Assembly (NCBI GenBank): GCA_907165135.1
Contig: OU015569.1
Coordinates: forward strand, 9,114,001 to 9,178,000
Length of the DNA: 64,000 nt
Direction of reading: 5' to 3'
Origin: Oikopleura dioica
Lineage: Eukaryota > Animalia > Chordata
The translations under genes and the position numbers were made by a program. The notes below the pieces were generated by a model. It worked only from the letters and a program-made list of their open reading frames with translations, was not told the DNA's origin and ran no database searches. The stretch's first letter is position 1, and each line of letters starts with the position of its first letter. Positions 60,591 to 64,000 of the stretch are shown in pieces.

Positions 60591-63358
60591 ATGTTAACAT
60601 TCCATGCCGCTTGCGCAATAGTTTTTCTAAACGAAAGTCACTAGCTGCATGCATTCCTGTGCGGTATGCTCCAATTTAAACGCATTCTTCTAGCTTCCGA
60701 GCCTGGCCGTATCGTACGCTTATGCAGGTCGGGACCTCGGTGCAAACACGCAAGGAGGAGCAAGTCGCCTCCCGACTCCAGCTCATGTTAGCTCTTCTTC
60801 GATGGAATATCTGGGCGACAGTGGAGCCAAACAATCCTTGCCTGACGACGTAGACAAGCAGACTTGGAATCAAAATGAGGGCGTCGTCGGAGAAGACTCC
60901 AACACGCGGGAGAAAGGAAATCTACAACGTAAGTAACACCAGCTCCTACAATTATTATCGAAAGAATCTAATAATAAGTCTTTCTAAATAATAATTACAG
61001 CTGGTTACTGGTGCGATCAGAGAGAACACACCAAACAAGACGCGATGGATCCCTTTACTGTCGATTCACCCGACTGGCTTCTCGAGAAAGGGGCTTACTC
61101 GCCTCTTTCAAGAAGTCGTGGAAACGGAGGACGACCTTCCGTCCAGCTTTCCGAAAAAATTATTGGTGGCCAAAATGCTCAAGAGCATGCATGGCGATGG
61201 ATTGCCTATTTTTACGGCTGTGGAGCGACACTGGTTGCCAAGAATTGGGCTGTCACTGCCGCCCATTGTTGTACCATTCCTGCATGGTACTTCAAGGATA
61301 AGGAACTTTGCTTCGGCCGAGACTACAAGAACCCGGAATCCATCGGAAAGCCATCACTCCAACAATGTGCGGGAATCAGTCAAATCCTTCAGCATCCCGA
61401 GTACAACCGAACAGTCACCGTTATGAACGATATCTGTCTCTTGAAACTCTCGAGGGACGTTCTCTACAACGATCATGTGCAGCCTGCTTGTCTTCCCAAT
61501 CAGTTTGATTCTCTTCAAAATGACCTCGTTCTTTCTGAGGCAGAGAAGGAAGACACTGAAACCTTTCCCATTAATCCAGATACCGGACTCCAGACGCAGA
61601 AAATCGACTGCTTTGTCGCTGGTTGGGGATACCGACAGGAGAATAAGTGGACTTCTTTGCCAGACATTCTTCAAGACGCGCAAGTTTTCCTTCAATACAA
61701 TGAGACATGCGAAGCAGCTTACACTGACGTCGATTCCAGCGGCAACACCATTAATTACTACGATTCCAATGCTATGAGCTGCTTCGGCCACGAAGAAGGA
61801 GGAATCGATGCCTGCCAAGGTGACTCTGGTGGACCTCTGATCTGCCTTGAGCCTTCTACTAACGCCAAATGGGTGGACGATAACGGCAATCCCATCGTTC
61901 ACATGAACCCTGTTCTACGAGGAGTTGTCTCCTGGGGAGAAGGTTGTGGCAGACAAGGAAAGCCCGGCGTTTACGCCCGAGTTTCCACCTTTGTCGACTG
62001 GATTCATGATACTATCAGAACGCATGCTCGTGGTTCCCCTGCTGCTTGTATCGACGTTCGAAGCAATTACAGGATCGAGAACGATGTCAGCGTTATTTGC
62101 GGTGACGATGGATGTGACTTCAGCTGCGCCGACAAGTCGCACACGTAAATTAATTGCTCTTAATCATTTTTCACAGCTCTTTTCAGGCCAAATGTTGAGC
62201 GCGTCAACTGTCAAAAGGTGACTGGCTCCTCCAGAGGAAAATATGAGTACGTATTTGTTACCTTAGTGAGCCATGTTTTACGTGAAATAATTCAGCGTTC
62301 CACCCCAACTTATTGGATGTGCTTCTGATCCAAACCACTTCACCAAATGCGGCTCTGTCACCGCCTCCATCAATGTTCCTGATCTAGATAAGATGAAGAT
62401 CAATTGCATGACTGCCACTAAGGTTTCGATCACCGAAAATTTGTAATTTTTAACACTAATTTTAAGTGCAAAGTCACCGTCCGAGAAGCGTACAAAAAGA
62501 CTTGCGAGCCATCAGTCTCTCAGCTCAAGTGTGTTCCAAACAAGGGATATGATTACCCATACGACGAACTTCGATGCGAACGTAAGAGAGATGATCAAAA
62601 GCAAATTTATTGACTTGTATACATAGGACCGAAGACCACAACAAAATGCGGCCCTGTTCTTCAGAAATTCCCAAATCTTACTGATGACTTCATCATTAAC
62701 TGCATGACCAGCAAGTGCAAATTCGCTCACAAGTCAGGATTTGCCGTCAAGCCCGCTGAAGTTAGATGCAAAGGTACATCTTCAATGTCAAAAGTATTTT
62801 AATTTTTTGTTAAGCCAACAAATGGGTGATCCCACCATCAAACCGAAATAACAACGGTGGCATTGATTTCCAGCTTGTAACATTCGACTCGCTGCCAGAA
62901 GACACTTTCTGCAAAGGATTTGTAAGTTCTTTATTCTCCTAAAGGCATTTCTTAAAACAATATTTCAGAGTTTGAATGAGCACACAGAAGGCAACTACAG
63001 ACCACATGCTAAGGAAGTTCAATTTATGGGACAAGGAATTATTTCAAGACCAAGACCAAGTTGTGATGCCAAGGGTGTTTGTAGCTACTACTGCCCGTCT
63101 GATTACAACGGCGGTATGACGAAAATCGGCCGCCCGTTCAAATGTCATAAATCCAAGGTGACAGGAGTGCAATAAAGCAAATGTAAAAATTTGATCTAGG
63201 GATGGCTTCCTATCGTTTGGGCTGGCAAGCTGAGCTGTCACGATGTCTTCAATAAGAATAAACTTTATGATGTTGAATCAGGTGATTTATCAGATGATTT
63301 TTCCGACTCATCTGAGTCCTCAACGCAGGCAGCGACGACTCAAACAACAGCCATCTGA
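60591..63358 (+). CDS. Secreted trypsin-like serine protease with about four C-terminal Cys-rich (sushi-like) modules
   Basis: Signal peptide, activation site EK|IIGG, VTAAHC, NDICLLKL, DACQGDSGGPL (intact triad, S1 Asp), VVSWGEGCG...PGVYARV. Followed by C..C.F.C...P....C repeats. Confidence 0.93.
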
Positions 63359-64000
63359 TTGTCTGAGTGTGCCTGTTTGAAACTGCGTTTGAAACAGGGT
63401 TAGCTTACTAATCCTTCTATATTTCAGGATAATTGAACTGGCCGAAAATGTCTCGCCGTCGTCGATTTTCCACTGTACAAAGTTGTCCCTAGCTCAAGAC
63501 CCTCACACGCGCCCCGAAACTAAACCAAAATACCCCTACGTTAATATGCCCAGCTTCTTCTTGTTCAAAGCTTTCGTGAAGAGCGCCCGGTCGCTTCCCA
63601 AGCTGGCAGGGAGCTACCTTACCCTTGCAAACTTTGCGCCTACAAAATGTTTCGTATACACTTCTCATGCGAAGCTGCCTCTAGGAGTGAGGAGATCACC
63701 ATTTATCACCACTGCAGAGGTGGCAGAGACTAGCTTCATTAATCGTTGTTGTCAACTCCAAGTCAATCCCAGTTGGCCGCTGCCAACCGTGAAAGGGCGG
63801 CGCACCGTGGGGCGGAACCTAGCCGTCCTTTCACGTCCCGCTCGCGGCCCTGCTCGCACCGACCCTTATTATGGCAAACATTTTAACATTAAAACAGTAT
63901 CGGTAAAAACATTTACATATCGACCGCAACTACTACACATAAGCAATTCATGAAAAAAAAACTCTTAAATATCTGTGCAAATATTAAATATAAGTAACAA

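Noticed and set aside
63483-63953. 156-codon + strand ORF at the window end
   Set aside because: It has no ATG-led model, no recognisable motif and competing frames. It may be part of a gene continuing beyond the window.

Overview
This is eukaryotic, very compact, intron-dense genomic DNA. Introns are mostly 30-90 nt, intergenic gaps are often under 400 nt, and several splice donors are GA, GC or GG instead of GT. That combination points to an appendicularian tunicate, most likely Oikopleura (inference, not verified). Recognisable genes are a TIL-repeat secreted protein, a PTP-domain pseudophosphatase, an SLC25 carrier, fibrillarin, an XK-related protein, prefoldin 5, a GCN5/PCAF acetyltransferase, DNAL1, PIGW, a PQQ-type beta-propeller protein with a nested ankyrin gene, a class A GPCR, SLC35B3, a C2H2 zinc finger gene, PSMB7, SPAG16, an SLC36 transporter, two inverted tRNA-Gln(CTG) genes, a glycine-receptor-like channel and a trypsin-like protease. 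Three short non-autonomous TIR elements are also present. The strongest unexplained signal is that most introns with non-GT donors, and two with apparently non-AG acceptors, carry 7-13 bp inverted repeats close to both ends. Gene models were assembled by eye, so exon boundaries of the hypothetical genes are approximate.
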